Assembly: GCA_964589855.1 (NCBI GenBank)
Contig: CAZPVB010000002.1
Coordinates: forward strand, 12,274-76,273
Direction: 5' to 3'
DNA from: an uncultured Bacteroidales bacterium
Lineage (GTDB): Bacteria > Bacteroidota > Bacteroidia > Bacteroidales > UBA7960
DNA: 64,000 nt
Shown here: positions 37,940-48,273 of the stretch, piece by piece
Layout: the number at the start of each line of letters is the position of its first letter
Numbering within the stretch: the first letter of the stretch is position 1
Translations under genes and position numbers: made by a program
Notes under the pieces: model-generated
Told to the model about the DNA's origin: nothing
What the model saw: only the letters and a program-made list of their open reading frames with translations
The model's database searches: none

Positions 37940-40780
37940 CTACTCCTCCCCTGCCTTTATTTTCTCTGCACGTTCTTCTGCTTTTTGCAAAAGTTCATCT
38001 GCCTGTTCATCCGCTTGCTTTTCAAGGGTATTGGCCTGTCTGTCTGCTTCTTCAATCAGTTCCTGCCCTGCTCTGCGGGCAGCGGCTCTGGCTATGGGAT
38101 TACTTGCCTCTTCTTCCAGTTCCTCTGCTTTTCTGCGTGCTTCTTGTCTTACAGCATCGGCAGCTTTTTGGGCTTCATTTCGCATGTTTTGCGCCTGCTG
38201 CTGAGCTTCTTCTAACACCTGATCCGCCCTTCTTTCCAGTTCCTGTTGGGCTTTCTCCTGATTTTCATCAATCGCCTCCTGCGCCTGATCCCTGACCTCC
38301 TCTTTTTTCTCTTCAATGATATCTTCAATGGCACTCTCTGCCTGTTCGCGGGCAGTTGTTTCACCATCGCCCATGCGAACAGCAACAGACGGATCACCGA
38401 CATCCCCTGTAATGGATATTTGAATCTTTACAGTTTCAGAAAGACCAACGTTCATACCCGTTGCCGCCTCTGCCTGCCCCGCAAGTTCATTGATAAGATC
38501 ATTGGCGGCACTGCCAAATTCGCTGCGCGGCACGGACAAAACCATCAGATAATCCATGGTTTGATCAAAGGAATGACTGCCCGAAAGCCTGGCCGTGGCA
38601 TTACCCAGTTTCATGTCAAAAGGATCTACCTCTACCTTTCCATCCGAGAAAGCAAAATTCACATTCACATCTTTCATATTCAAGGTTTTAAATCTTTCCA
38701 GTTTCAACCTTTCTGCTATCTTTACCATTACTTCACTGTTTTCAATTCTGATATCATCTGATTGAAAACGCCCGGAACCTGCCAACGAGTCCATTACAGG
38801 TTCCATTTTTTCATTCAGCGATGAATTGATTGCAAGGGATGCCGAAAATGTCCCTTTGGCATTCTCCCCAATGGGGGCAAGTTTACGAAAGGTATTGAAA
38901 GTGGAGAAGGTGCTACCAAGGTCAAAACCTGATATATCCAAACCAAAATCAAATCCCGGATTTTCTGGATCTGTTGTGAAATAGGAACCATTCACAGTCA
39001 TTTCACCTTCAAGCATATTCATCTTTAAATTGCGCAATTCCGCCTTTTGTTCTGCCACGAGAATTGCACCTCTCATCTGCGTCATCTCCAATTTGTCGTA
39101 TAACAACTGGTCAAAACTGCTTTGCAAGGTGAAATTGATATTTGCAGGTATCTCTATGACGGAAAGTTCTGCTACAGTATCTTGCTCTTCCACAGGTATG
39201 GTATCAGAAGTTTCCATCAGCGGATTAAGATCAAAAAAGGCTGACCTGGTCTCAAAACTGCCTTTGAGTATTTCATCATTCAACGCATAACCCAAAATAT
39301 TATCGATTTTCCCGGAAGCATTCAGATCGCTTTCCCCCATGGTCATGGAAAATTCATTCAGTTCTGCCTGCCGGGGCGTAAAAGCGAGTTCCATCAGCGA
39401 AATGTTCAGGTTTTGGGGAATATCATCACCAGCATATTCAAAATCAGACATTGACAGGTTTCCGGTGAAAACAAATTCCTCGTACTCCTCATTTTCAATA
39501 GACGACATGCTTCCCTGTGCAATCATATCACTATCTATAATTCCTGACAGGCGCATATCTTCAAGGGGGTAAACATCCTGTATCCTTGCAAGGTCGATCT
39601 TACCGTTCAGTCGTGCATCAATTCGGGGATCTGATACAGGTGTTTCCAGTCTCAATCCCATACGAACAGGATTGCCGGCAACTTCCAGTTCAAAAGTACT
39701 AATATCTGCTACTGTTAAATCAGCATCGCCTCCCGGATTAAAGAGTCTGGTGGTTACATTCACATTTTCCACGGCTGCCGGAAGGTCAGGATACTGAAAC
39801 ATGCCATTTTCCACACGAAAGTCAATATCAAAACCAGGAATATTCTCCTCATCATAAATACCTTTTACACTACCACCGATACTCATGGAACCGGAAGTTT
39901 GCAAACCGTCGAAATCTTTGGTGTAAAGCGCAGGTATGAGTGATAGAAAAGATTTGAATTGAGTTTGTGGAGAACCAAAGACAAGATCAAAATCATACCC
40001 ACCTTCAGGCATGGCAAAGGTACCTTCGGCACTAATCTGTAAATCATTCAGAAATAATTCATTGTCTTCAATTGTAAAGATCCATGCGTTGAGATCGGCG
40101 CCAATATTTGCTTTCAGGCGGGCTTGCACACCTGCCAGATAAGGAATGCCATCATACGAAAAAGAAAAAGCCCCGGCACGGGTGTCAGAAATTTGAAGGG
40201 TTGTAAAATCAGCTGAAAAATCGCCGGAAAGGGTATGGTCAAAATCGCTCAGCTTGGTGTAAACCTTATAGTAACGGTCGTCGTAAACAATTTGTGCATT
40301 GTTGAGCGTCAGTTTTTTCAATGCAATGTTAAAATCTGCCGGATCTGCTGCCAAAGTATCCGGGATCTTTTCATCAGTTCCTGTTTCAGGAACAATATCA
40401 TAATTGGTGGTCCCGTCTTCAAGCACAAGTATATTGACTACAGGATCGTCTATTCTCACCTTTTTTATTTCATATTCACCACCTTTCCAGATACCCGATA
40501 AATTGAAAGTTAAAAATATGGTACCGGCCGATACAAGGGTATCTCCCTCAAAGGCAGATTTTCCAATCACACTCAGGTCATTGATGCTGAGCGAAACATC
40601 AGGAAAACCCCTTAAAAAAGACAATCCAAAATCACCAAAATCGATGGTAGCATCCAAATTTTGGTTCATGGCAATTTTAACTTGCTCCACAATACGATCC
40701 TTAAAGATATAGGGAAGTGTTAACAATAGTATGAAAACAACAAGAAGAACAATACCGGTGATTTTTAATATTTTTTTCAT
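37940..40780 (-). CDS. AsmA-family outer-membrane biogenesis protein with a long charged coiled-coil C-terminal tail
   Basis: N-terminal TM anchor (ITGIVLLVVFILLLTL). A long beta-rich AsmA-like body. The last roughly 150 aa are E/A/Q/R-rich (EAQQQAQNMRNEAQKAADAVRQEARRKAEELEEE...). Confidence 0.7.
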   Translation of the reverse strand: MKKILKITGIVLLVVFILLLTLPYIFKDRIVEQVKIAMNQNLDATIDFGDFGLSFLRGFPDVSLSINDLSVIGKSAFEGDTLVSAGTIFLTFNLSGIWKGGEYEIKKVRIDDPVVNILVLEDGTTNYDIVPETGTDEKIPDTLAADPADFNIALKKLTLNNAQIVYDDRYYKVYTKLSDFDHTLSGDFSADFTTLQISDTRAGAFSFSYDGIPYLAGVQARLKANIGADLNAWIFTIEDNELFLNDLQISAEGTFAMPEGGYDFDLVFGSPQTQFKSFLSLIPALYTKDFDGLQTSGSMSIGGSVKGIYDEENIPGFDIDFRVENGMFQYPDLPAAVENVNVTTRLFNPGGDADLTVADISTFELEVAGNPVRMGLRLETPVSDPRIDARLNGKIDLARIQDVYPLEDMRLSGIIDSDMIAQGSMSSIENEEYEEFVFTGNLSMSDFEYAGDDIPQNLNISLMELAFTPRQAELNEFSMTMGESDLNASGKIDNILGYALNDEILKGSFETRSAFFDLNPLMETSDTIPVEEQDTVAELSVIEIPANINFTLQSSFDQLLYDKLEMTQMRGAILVAEQKAELRNLKMNMLEGEMTVNGSYFTTDPENPGFDFGLDISGFDLGSTFSTFNTFRKLAPIGENAKGTFSASLAINSSLNEKMEPVMDSLAGSGRFQSDDIRIENSEVMVKIAERLKLERFKTLNMKDVNVNFAFSDGKVEVDPFDMKLGNATARLSGSHSFDQTMDYLMVLSVPRSEFGSAANDLINELAGQAEAATGMNVGLSETVKIQISITGDVGDPSVAVRMGDGETTAREQAESAIEDIIEEKKEEVRDQAQEAIDENQEKAQQELERRADQVLEEAQQQAQNMRNEAQKAADAVRQEARRKAEELEEEASNPIARAAARRAGQELIEEADRQANTLEKQADEQADELLQKAEERAEKIKAGEE

Positions 40781-41105
40781 TTTTACAGTGGTTTGATGAG
40801 ATATTAATTCAGAACTATCAGATTATGAGACAAAGCAGGCATTAAGAATTATTTCATGAATGTAAAATTAAACTATTATTTTACATATTACAAGCGATTC
40901 AATTATTCTATTCTTTTATGAATTAGATTTTGTATATTTGATTTGTTGACCATTAAAAAATATTCAGATGCAATGATCCCAATTCCCGGAAAAAAACATG
41001 CATATTTTATCAAACTAATGTAATGTTTTATTGTAAATTTTACATTTTCCAGGTTTTAAAAAAATATTTATTCATTCAATTTATTCATTCACCTAAAACA
41101 ATACT

Positions 41106-43943
41106 ATGATTCCTTCCTTTATCAAACACCGCTTGTTTCTTTTTTTGATGACTTCTTTCCTGATCATTTCAGGAAAAGCGTTTTCGCAGGTCATTTACTC
41201 AGAACCTGGTTTGCCAACCGACCAGGAAGAGGTTAGTGTATTTTTCAATGCCACTGATACGCCACTGGAATCCTACACAGGAGATGTTTATGCCCATACA
41301 GGTGTAAATCTTGAACAAGCCGGCAACTGGCAGCATGTAATCGGAAGCTGGGGTGATAACAACAACCAACCCCAACTAACCCGCGTTGATGGAGAAGACA
41401 ACCTTTTTCGGCTGGACATAACGCCCAACATCAGGGATTTTTACAATGTTACCTCATCGGAAACCATCACCGGACTGGCATTTGTTTTCAGAGCCGCGGA
41501 AGGTTCTCCGCAGTCTGAAGACCTTTTCCTCGATGTGTATGAAGCAGGATTGAGCGTTTCCATTGTCAATCCTCCTGCTGATCAACCCATTGTGGAATCA
41601 GATGAAACGCTTTATATCCAGGCCGTTTCCAATGAATCAGATAATCTGTCTGTTTTTCTTGATGATGATCCACTGGTTACCACCACCGAAACATCTGTAT
41701 TTTTCGATCTGGACGCTTCCCTTTACAACCCCGGCGGATACTGGATCATCGCCAAAGCAGACGATGCCAATACCTCCATTTACGATTCTACTTATATTTT
41801 TATAAGAGATGAACCTCAGGTCGCATCCCTTCCAGAAAACACTGTGCCAGGTGCGAATTACCATGACGATGGATCGGTTACATTGGTTTTGCATGATCCA
41901 CCCGCACTCAAGGAATACGTGTTTGTTACAGGCGATTTTAACGACTGGATTATATCAGAAGAAGGATATATGAATCGTACCCCTGATGGCAAGCACTTTT
42001 GGCTAACCCTTGAAAACCTTACCGACGGTACTGAATATGCATACCAGTATTTTATTGATAATGAACTAAGACTGGCAGACCCTTATGCTCAAAAAGTTCT
42101 GGATCCATGGAACGACCAATATATTTCATCAACAACCTATCCCAACCTGAAAGAATATCCTCAAGGAAAAGCAGAAGGAATCGTAAGTGTTATTCACCCC
42201 GGAAAACAAGACTATGTTTGGGAAGTGACCGACTTTACCCCTCCTGATCCCGAAGACCTTGTCATCTATGAATTACTCATCCGGGATTTCGTGGAAACCT
42301 CCGACATCAAAACCGTGATGGATTCCTTGGATTATCTGCAAAATCTGGGGGTTAATGCTATTGAACTCATGCCTTTCAATGAATTTGAAGGAAATATATC
42401 CTGGGGATATAACCCATCTTTTTATTTTGCAACAGATAAAGCCTACGGAACAGCCAACGATTACAAAGCTTTTATTGATGAATGCCACCGAAGAGGCATT
42501 GCCGTGATCATGGATATCGTTTTGAACCACTCTTTCAATCTTTCACCCTTTGTACAAATGTATTTCGACCCAGAGGCGGGCGATTGGGGAAAACCATTGC
42601 CGGAAAACCCCTGGTTTCTCACCGACTGCCCCCACGAACCCTGGTGCTGGGGTAATACCTTTGACCAGGATAGCGAATATACCCACGAACTCTTTAACAG
42701 GGTCACCGAATACTGGCTCACCGAATTCAATGTTGACGGATTCCGGTTTGATTTCACCAAAGGATTTACCAATGAGCAAACTGGCGGACAAGGTTGGAAT
42801 TACGATGAAGCACGCATCAGCAACCTGAAAAGAATTCACAATCATGTAAAAACCGTTAATCCTGATGCTTATGTTATCCTTGAGCACTTTACCGATAACA
42901 CCGAAGAAAAAGAACTGGCAGATTACGGCATGATGATCTGGGGAAACCTGACCCATAGCTACCAGGAAGCAGGAATGGGATGGATACCCGACAGCGATTT
43001 TAGTGGTATCTCTTACACTCAAAGAGACTGGGAGCACCCTCACCTGATCGGATATATGGAAAGTCATGATGAAGAAAGAATCATGTTTAAGAATTTAAAT
43101 TTTGGCAATGCCGCCAATGGTTACAACATTCAGGAACCTGGCATTGCTCTGGAAAGGGCAGAATTGATGGCTGCGTTTTACTTTACCATTCCCGGCCCCA
43201 AAATGATCTGGCAATTTGGAGAACTGGGCTACGATTTCTCTATCAATCACTGTCAGAATGGAAGCATTGATGAAGGATGCCGTGTTGACCCCAAACCCAT
43301 CCGGTGGGATTATTATGACGATTGGCGCCGTAAAAGATTGCACGATGTTTACGCAATGCTGATCAACCTGAAAAAAGAACAGGAAGTATTTCGTACTGAC
43401 GACTACGATCTGTCAGTTTCCAGCGGTGTAAAAAGAATACATCTCAATCATGAATCCGCCAATGTAACTGTAATTGGAAATTTCAACGTTACAGAATCTA
43501 CATTTGTTCCCAATTTTCAGCAAACCGGAACATGGTACGAATTTTTCTCGCGTGAAACCCTGGAGGTAACAGACCTGAGCAGTTCTATTACATTGCAACC
43601 CGGCGAATACAGACTCTATTCAACCGTAGAATTCCCGGACCATGGTGTAGCGCTTTCTGATGAATTACAACATACAAATGCCAACCCGGATCCTGCTGTT
43701 TCACCCAATCCATCTGACAACGGCTTTTATTTTTCATTTGATGCCGACACAACGTATAAACTTGAAATTTTTAACCTGAACGGACAGTTGGTGTACAAAA
43801 AAGAAAATGCCATCAACCCCTCTCAAAACACTTTTTTCTGGAATAGCAAAAATATGAAGGGAAACAACGTTGGCGAAGGCATGTACTTTTATACACTTTC
43901 GGCAAAAGATAAAACCAAAAGTGGAAAAATTTTGGTGAAATAA
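41106..43943 (+). CDS. GH13 alpha-amylase-family enzyme with CBM48/E-set-like domain and T9SS C-terminal domain
   Basis: GH13 conserved regions DIVLNHS, GFRFDFTKG, VILEHF and YMESHDEER. An upstream GDFNDW...W carbohydrate-binding-type domain. C-terminal VSPNPSDNGFYFSF...LEIFNLNGQLV. Confidence 0.85.
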   Translation: MIPSFIKHRLFLFLMTSFLIISGKAFSQVIYSEPGLPTDQEEVSVFFNATDTPLESYTGDVYAHTGVNLEQAGNWQHVIGSWGDNNNQPQLTRVDGEDNLFRLDITPNIRDFYNVTSSETITGLAFVFRAAEGSPQSEDLFLDVYEAGLSVSIVNPPADQPIVESDETLYIQAVSNESDNLSVFLDDDPLVTTTETSVFFDLDASLYNPGGYWIIAKADDANTSIYDSTYIFIRDEPQVASLPENTVPGANYHDDGSVTLVLHDPPALKEYVFVTGDFNDWIISEEGYMNRTPDGKHFWLTLENLTDGTEYAYQYFIDNELRLADPYAQKVLDPWNDQYISSTTYPNLKEYPQGKAEGIVSVIHPGKQDYVWEVTDFTPPDPEDLVIYELLIRDFVETSDIKTVMDSLDYLQNLGVNAIELMPFNEFEGNISWGYNPSFYFATDKAYGTANDYKAFIDECHRRGIAVIMDIVLNHSFNLSPFVQMYFDPEAGDWGKPLPENPWFLTDCPHEPWCWGNTFDQDSEYTHELFNRVTEYWLTEFNVDGFRFDFTKGFTNEQTGGQGWNYDEARISNLKRIHNHVKTVNPDAYVILEHFTDNTEEKELADYGMMIWGNLTHSYQEAGMGWIPDSDFSGISYTQRDWEHPHLIGYMESHDEERIMFKNLNFGNAANGYNIQEPGIALERAELMAAFYFTIPGPKMIWQFGELGYDFSINHCQNGSIDEGCRVDPKPIRWDYYDDWRRKRLHDVYAMLINLKKEQEVFRTDDYDLSVSSGVKRIHLNHESANVTVIGNFNVTESTFVPNFQQTGTWYEFFSRETLEVTDLSSSITLQPGEYRLYSTVEFPDHGVALSDELQHTNANPDPAVSPNPSDNGFYFSFDADTTYKLEIFNLNGQLVYKKENAINPSQNTFFWNSKNMKGNNVGEGMYFYTLSAKDKTKSGKILVK

Positions 43944-43972
43944 GCACACATGTTTTTCACATGAGCATTGAA

Positions 43973-44013
43973 AGTGGAGTAAACTGAAAATTTTTGGTTT
44001 ACTCTACTTTTCT
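43973..44013 (+). terminator. Rho-independent terminator after the GH13 gene
   Basis: 12-bp stem agtggagtaaac / gtttactctact (one G-U pair), followed by a T-rich tract tttTCT. Confidence 0.65.
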
Positions 44014-44249
44014 AATATAACCTTCTTTCCGAAGAAATTAAAATAGCACTTTCCCTGTTTATTCCTATAACTATAATAAATGTTACATATATATTTTAAT
44101 ATGACAAACGTGTTTTCATAAACGATAATTTTGTTGTATGGAAGAAGGGAGAACATCATTTATGTCTTCATGGAATTTTTCAATCCTGGTGAATGTTTTT
44201 GTAATTTTGCATCTGACTCTAACCCCTTTTCCTAAACCGCCGGAATTTT

Positions 44250-45053
44250 ATGACTGAGCAAAATTATTTCCTGCAACAGCCTCGCTACCTTGATAATCCA
44301 CACGGATGGATTCAGCATATTCCGTTTGCATTCTTTCTTGTGGAAAGCCTACAGCCCAGATTAATCACTGAACTTGGCACATACAGCGGAAATTCGTACT
44401 TTGCCTTTTGCCAGGCCATAAAAGACATGAAACTGCCGTCACACTGCTACGCCATTGATACATGGGAAGGCGACATACATGTTGGGAAGTATAAAAGTGA
44501 TGTTTTCGAACGGGTCAACAGGATCAACCAAAAAGAGTTTAGATATTTTTCAACCCTGAAAAGAATGACTTTCGACCAGGCGCTTCCTGATTTTCGCGAC
44601 GAAAGCATCGATCTGCTCCACATTGATGGCACACATACCTATGAGGCAGTGAAACATGATTTTGAAAGCTGGCTCCCCAAAATGTCTGAGGAAGGAATTA
44701 TACTTTTGCACGATACCAGGGTAAAGAAAAGAGGGTTTGGAGTATGGAGGTTTTATGAAGAGATCAGAAACCTTTTTCCTTCATTCGAATTTCACTACAG
44801 CGAAGGATTGGCGGTTGTTTGCACTGGAAAAAACATTCATCCGTTTCTGCATCCAATGCTGGAAAACGAATCAAAGCATAACAGCCGGTTTTTAACTCTT
44901 CTGGAAACACTGGGTGAAAATATCCGGATCAAAAGAGAAATGGAATTACTAAGAAAAGACAGAAGTAAATCGAGAAAGAAAACAGCACAACTCAATATAG
45001 AACTGCTTAACGCTAAAAAACAAATCAAAAAAATGCAAAAAACAGGCAAGTAA
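44250..45053 (+). CDS. Class I SAM-dependent methyltransferase (CmcI/Methyltransf_24-like) with a basic coiled-coil tail
   Basis: Motif I-like ITELGTYSGNSYFAF, plus LLHIDGTHTYEAVKHDFESWLPKMSEEGIILLHD. Confidence 0.65.
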   Translation: MTEQNYFLQQPRYLDNPHGWIQHIPFAFFLVESLQPRLITELGTYSGNSYFAFCQAIKDMKLPSHCYAIDTWEGDIHVGKYKSDVFERVNRINQKEFRYFSTLKRMTFDQALPDFRDESIDLLHIDGTHTYEAVKHDFESWLPKMSEEGIILLHDTRVKKRGFGVWRFYEEIRNLFPSFEFHYSEGLAVVCTGKNIHPFLHPMLENESKHNSRFLTLLETLGENIRIKREMELLRKDRSKSRKKTAQLNIELLNAKKQIKKMQKTGK

Positions 45054-45173
45054 ATCCTAACGACCCGCGCCTCACTAATCTACCAACTATTTTTTTTCAA
45101 TTTGGAAGATAGTTGCACCCCAAAAAGGTTATACACAAAAGAGTTTTTGCAAAAAAGATACATGTTAAATACA

Positions 45174-45225
45174 AACACCCAAGCGAGAGGATTTCAACCA
45201 CTTGCTCAGGTGTTATTTTCTTTTT
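45174..45225 (+). terminator. Possible terminator hairpin with T-run
   Basis: aacacc...ggtgtt outer stem plus caag/cttg inner stem, followed by aTTTTCTTTTT. Confidence 0.35.
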
Positions 45226-45389
45226 AGTATTATTGAGTCTGGTCTGAAAACTTGTTTTTAGACGTTAATGCTCATCTTTACGCTGCCATGAATCTATATA
45301 TCAGATCATTAAGCAAATAATCATTCATGTAATTAGTGGGCAATAACTTTTTTATACCGGACTCATTATCTCAAACGATTATCAAATCA

Positions 45390-46499
45390 TTATTTATCTG
45401 GTTTTGCTTCATTTGAATCTAAACCGGAAACCGCATTCCGAAATTCGTCTATTAATTCCTGAAAAACTTCTTTCACCGAAATGATGCGTGTAGCAAGGTA
45501 TGCATTGCTTCCGGCAAACGCAAAACCGCTGTTCATATTTCCCTTGTATGCACTATACAGTGCATTGATGATACAATATGGGCTGTTTGAAATATCGCAG
45601 GATTTAATGCAGTGAAAAGGGCATTTAATAGGGGTTTTCAATCCATCTTTTACCTTATTAATAAAATTATTTTTTACCGCACGACCCGGCATTCCTACAG
45701 GACTATTAATAATTTCCACATCTTCCTGTGCTGCATCAATGTAGGATTGCTTAAAAGCATCTGACGCATCGCATTCGGTGGTGGTTACAAAGCGGGTGCC
45801 CAATTGTACAGCACTAGCTCCTTTGCTCATAATGTTGTAAATATCTTTTCCGTTATAAATACCACCAGCGGCAATAACAGGGATTTTACATCCATACTTA
45901 TCTTCAAAAACTTTTACTGTTGACACTACCTGGGGAACCAATTCTTCCAAACTGTATTGCTGATCATCTATCTGATTCTTTTTAAAACCCAGATGACCTC
46001 CTGCTTTGGGTCCTTCCACAACAATGGCATCGGGCAAATAATCAAAAAGCGATTTCCATTTTTCGCAAATGATCTTGGCTGCTCTCCCTGACGAAACAAT
46101 AGGAGCCAGTTTGGTAACACTATCCGGAAGCAAAAATTTTGGCAGATCCAGAGGCAATCCTGCACCTGAAAAAATAATATCTGCTTTTTCAGCAATCGAA
46201 GTACGGACAAGATCAGCAAAATTCGTCATGACCATCATTATATTCACACCAATAACACCCTGGGTTTTTTCTTTCGCTTTTCTGATCTCCTTTCTTAGTC
46301 CTTCCATATTGGCATCGAGATAACTAAGAGTAGTGTTGCGATGTACCAAACCTAATCCGGCTGCAGATATAACGCCTACGCCACCCTGATTGGCCACTGA
46401 AGCAGCCAAACCAGACATTGATATCCCTACACCCATACCTCCCTGTATAATCGGAACGGGGATGGTTAATCCTCCGATCTTTAATTCCTTAAAACTCAT
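45390..46499 (-). CDS. NMO/FabK-family flavin oxidoreductase (nitronate monooxygenase / enoyl-ACP reductase II-like)
   Basis: Motifs PIIQGGMGVGIS and VIAAGGIYNGKDI, on a TIM-barrel FMN pattern. The ATG at 46499 (MSFKELKIGG) is preferred over the ORF-track start at 46535. Confidence 0.75.
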   Translation of the reverse strand: MSFKELKIGGLTIPVPIIQGGMGVGISMSGLAASVANQGGVGVISAAGLGLVHRNTTLSYLDANMEGLRKEIRKAKEKTQGVIGVNIMMVMTNFADLVRTSIAEKADIIFSGAGLPLDLPKFLLPDSVTKLAPIVSSGRAAKIICEKWKSLFDYLPDAIVVEGPKAGGHLGFKKNQIDDQQYSLEELVPQVVSTVKVFEDKYGCKIPVIAAGGIYNGKDIYNIMSKGASAVQLGTRFVTTTECDASDAFKQSYIDAAQEDVEIINSPVGMPGRAVKNNFINKVKDGLKTPIKCPFHCIKSCDISNSPYCIINALYSAYKGNMNSGFAFAGSNAYLATRIISVKEVFQELIDEFRNAVSGLDSNEAKPDK

Positions 46500-46938
46500 A
46501 ATGTGTAATACTTTAAATATAATACATAAAAACATCCTATAACCTCAACGATCGCTTGCTTACAGAGAAAATAAAAGCTTTTACAAACAAAAAAAATGTT
46601 TTAAACAAGCGTAAAATTCAGAAGGTAAAGGTAGGAAAACAAATGGTGCAAACAACATAAAAACACAAGAGTCACAGAATCAAAAACCAATTAACAACCT
46701 GCTTTTTTTTAAGAATCAAAAAAAAGAAATTTCCTTCATATATTTAAATCGATTTTAAAGGTATAAAGGCAAAAACAGTTGACAACTTTTTATTTCATTT
46801 CTTCCTTACAGAAATCTTTTTTTTAATTTTAACATTTATAAACTATAAAATATTTTTTTCATCCTTTAGACCGGGATGCATTTACAGTTTTACATCTATT
46901 TTCCTACTTTTGCTCTCACAAGAAACAGAATAAACTAA

Positions 46939-48132
46939 ATGTATATGATTGATAAAATAAAATCACTTTCCGAAGAATTATTTGAAGAGATACGTCATGT
47001 AAGACGCCATTTGCATAAATACCCCGAACTTTCGCTCAAAGAATACAAAACTTCTGAATACATATGTAAGATATTGAGAGAGGAAGGCATAGCTTATACT
47101 TCCGGAATGGCACAAACGGGTGTGGTGGCAGTTTTGGAAGGACAACTACCTTCAGACAAAGTGTTGGCACTTAGAGCAGATATGGATGCTTTGCCAATAC
47201 AGGAAGAGAACGATATAGATTTTAAATCGGTTCATAAGGGTGTGATGCATGCCTGCGGGCATGATATGCACATGGCATCGCTTTTGGGCGCAGCAAAAAT
47301 TTTGCACAGATTGAAAAACAAATGGGGCGGAAAAATAAAGTTGATTTTTCAACCTTCAGAAGAAAGTTATCCGGGTGGTGCCAGTATGCTGATCAAAGAA
47401 GGTGTTTTAAAGAATCCCGAACCGCATGGGATTTTCGGACAACATGTAGCGCCTCAAATCGAAACAGGTAAGGTAGGGATCAGAAATGGCATGTATATGG
47501 CATCTTCAGACGAAATCTATTTAAAAGTTAAAGGTGCAGGCGGACATGCTGCCACCCCTCATCTGGTCAACGACACAGTTCTCATTGCCTCGCATATTGT
47601 AGTTGCGCTGCAGCAGATTGTAAGCAGAAATGCAAAACCCTGGACCCCTTCCGTACTTTCTTTCGGCAGAATGATCGCCAACGGCAGAATGAATGTAATT
47701 CCTTCTGAAGTGACCATTGATGGTACATTCCGTACTTTTGACGAACAATGGAGAGAGGAAGTACACCATAAGATCAGATCCATAGCATCAGGCACAGCAG
47801 AAGGTATGGGGGCAAAGTGTGAAGTAAGAATTGAAAAAGGTTATCCTTTCCTGAGTAATAACGAGGAACTGGCAGGACATTTTCGCCAATGTGCTCAGCA
47901 ATACCTGGGCACTGAAAATATTGTAGAACTGGATTTATCCATGACAGCCGAAGATTTTGCCTTTTATTCGCATGTAATCCCGGCATGTTTTTACCGCCTT
48001 GGCGTTTACAGCAGCAATACCAAAACTACCAATGTGCACACATCTACTTTTCATCCCGACGAAAATGCACTTAAAACAGGCATGGGAGTTATGTCCTGGG
48101 TAGCGTTGAAAAGGTTAAATCCTGATTTTTAA
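46939..48132 (+). CDS. M20-family amidohydrolase (N-acyl-L-amino-acid amidohydrolase / hippurate hydrolase-like)
   Basis: Motifs RADMDALP, HACGHDMH, FQPSEE and GGHAA. Confidence 0.85.
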   Translation: MYMIDKIKSLSEELFEEIRHVRRHLHKYPELSLKEYKTSEYICKILREEGIAYTSGMAQTGVVAVLEGQLPSDKVLALRADMDALPIQEENDIDFKSVHKGVMHACGHDMHMASLLGAAKILHRLKNKWGGKIKLIFQPSEESYPGGASMLIKEGVLKNPEPHGIFGQHVAPQIETGKVGIRNGMYMASSDEIYLKVKGAGGHAATPHLVNDTVLIASHIVVALQQIVSRNAKPWTPSVLSFGRMIANGRMNVIPSEVTIDGTFRTFDEQWREEVHHKIRSIASGTAEGMGAKCEVRIEKGYPFLSNNEELAGHFRQCAQQYLGTENIVELDLSMTAEDFAFYSHVIPACFYRLGVYSSNTKTTNVHTSTFHPDENALKTGMGVMSWVALKRLNPDF

Positions 48133-48273
48133 TCCATTTAAATCAATTTTTTATCCGGTTTTCTACTATCTTTTTCTTAAATTTACGCATTCAACAAAAG
48201 GGCACCGCTCAAACGAATCCTCGTTCTAAAAAGCGTGCTTTCAAACAGTTTGTTTACTTAAAAAGCAAGTATT

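Noticed and set aside
37926-38295. Plus-strand ORFs rich in Ser/Ala/Cys/Phe (92 aa and 63 aa)
   Set aside because: They are antisense products of the low-complexity GAA/GCA-rich coiled-coil tail of the AsmA-like gene and have no independent coding signal.
45084-45115. Hairpin caactat...atagttg just after the methyltransferase gene
   Set aside because: The 7-bp stem has a U-rich loop but no downstream T-run on either strand, so it is not a convincing intrinsic terminator. The hairpin at 45174-45225 is the better candidate.
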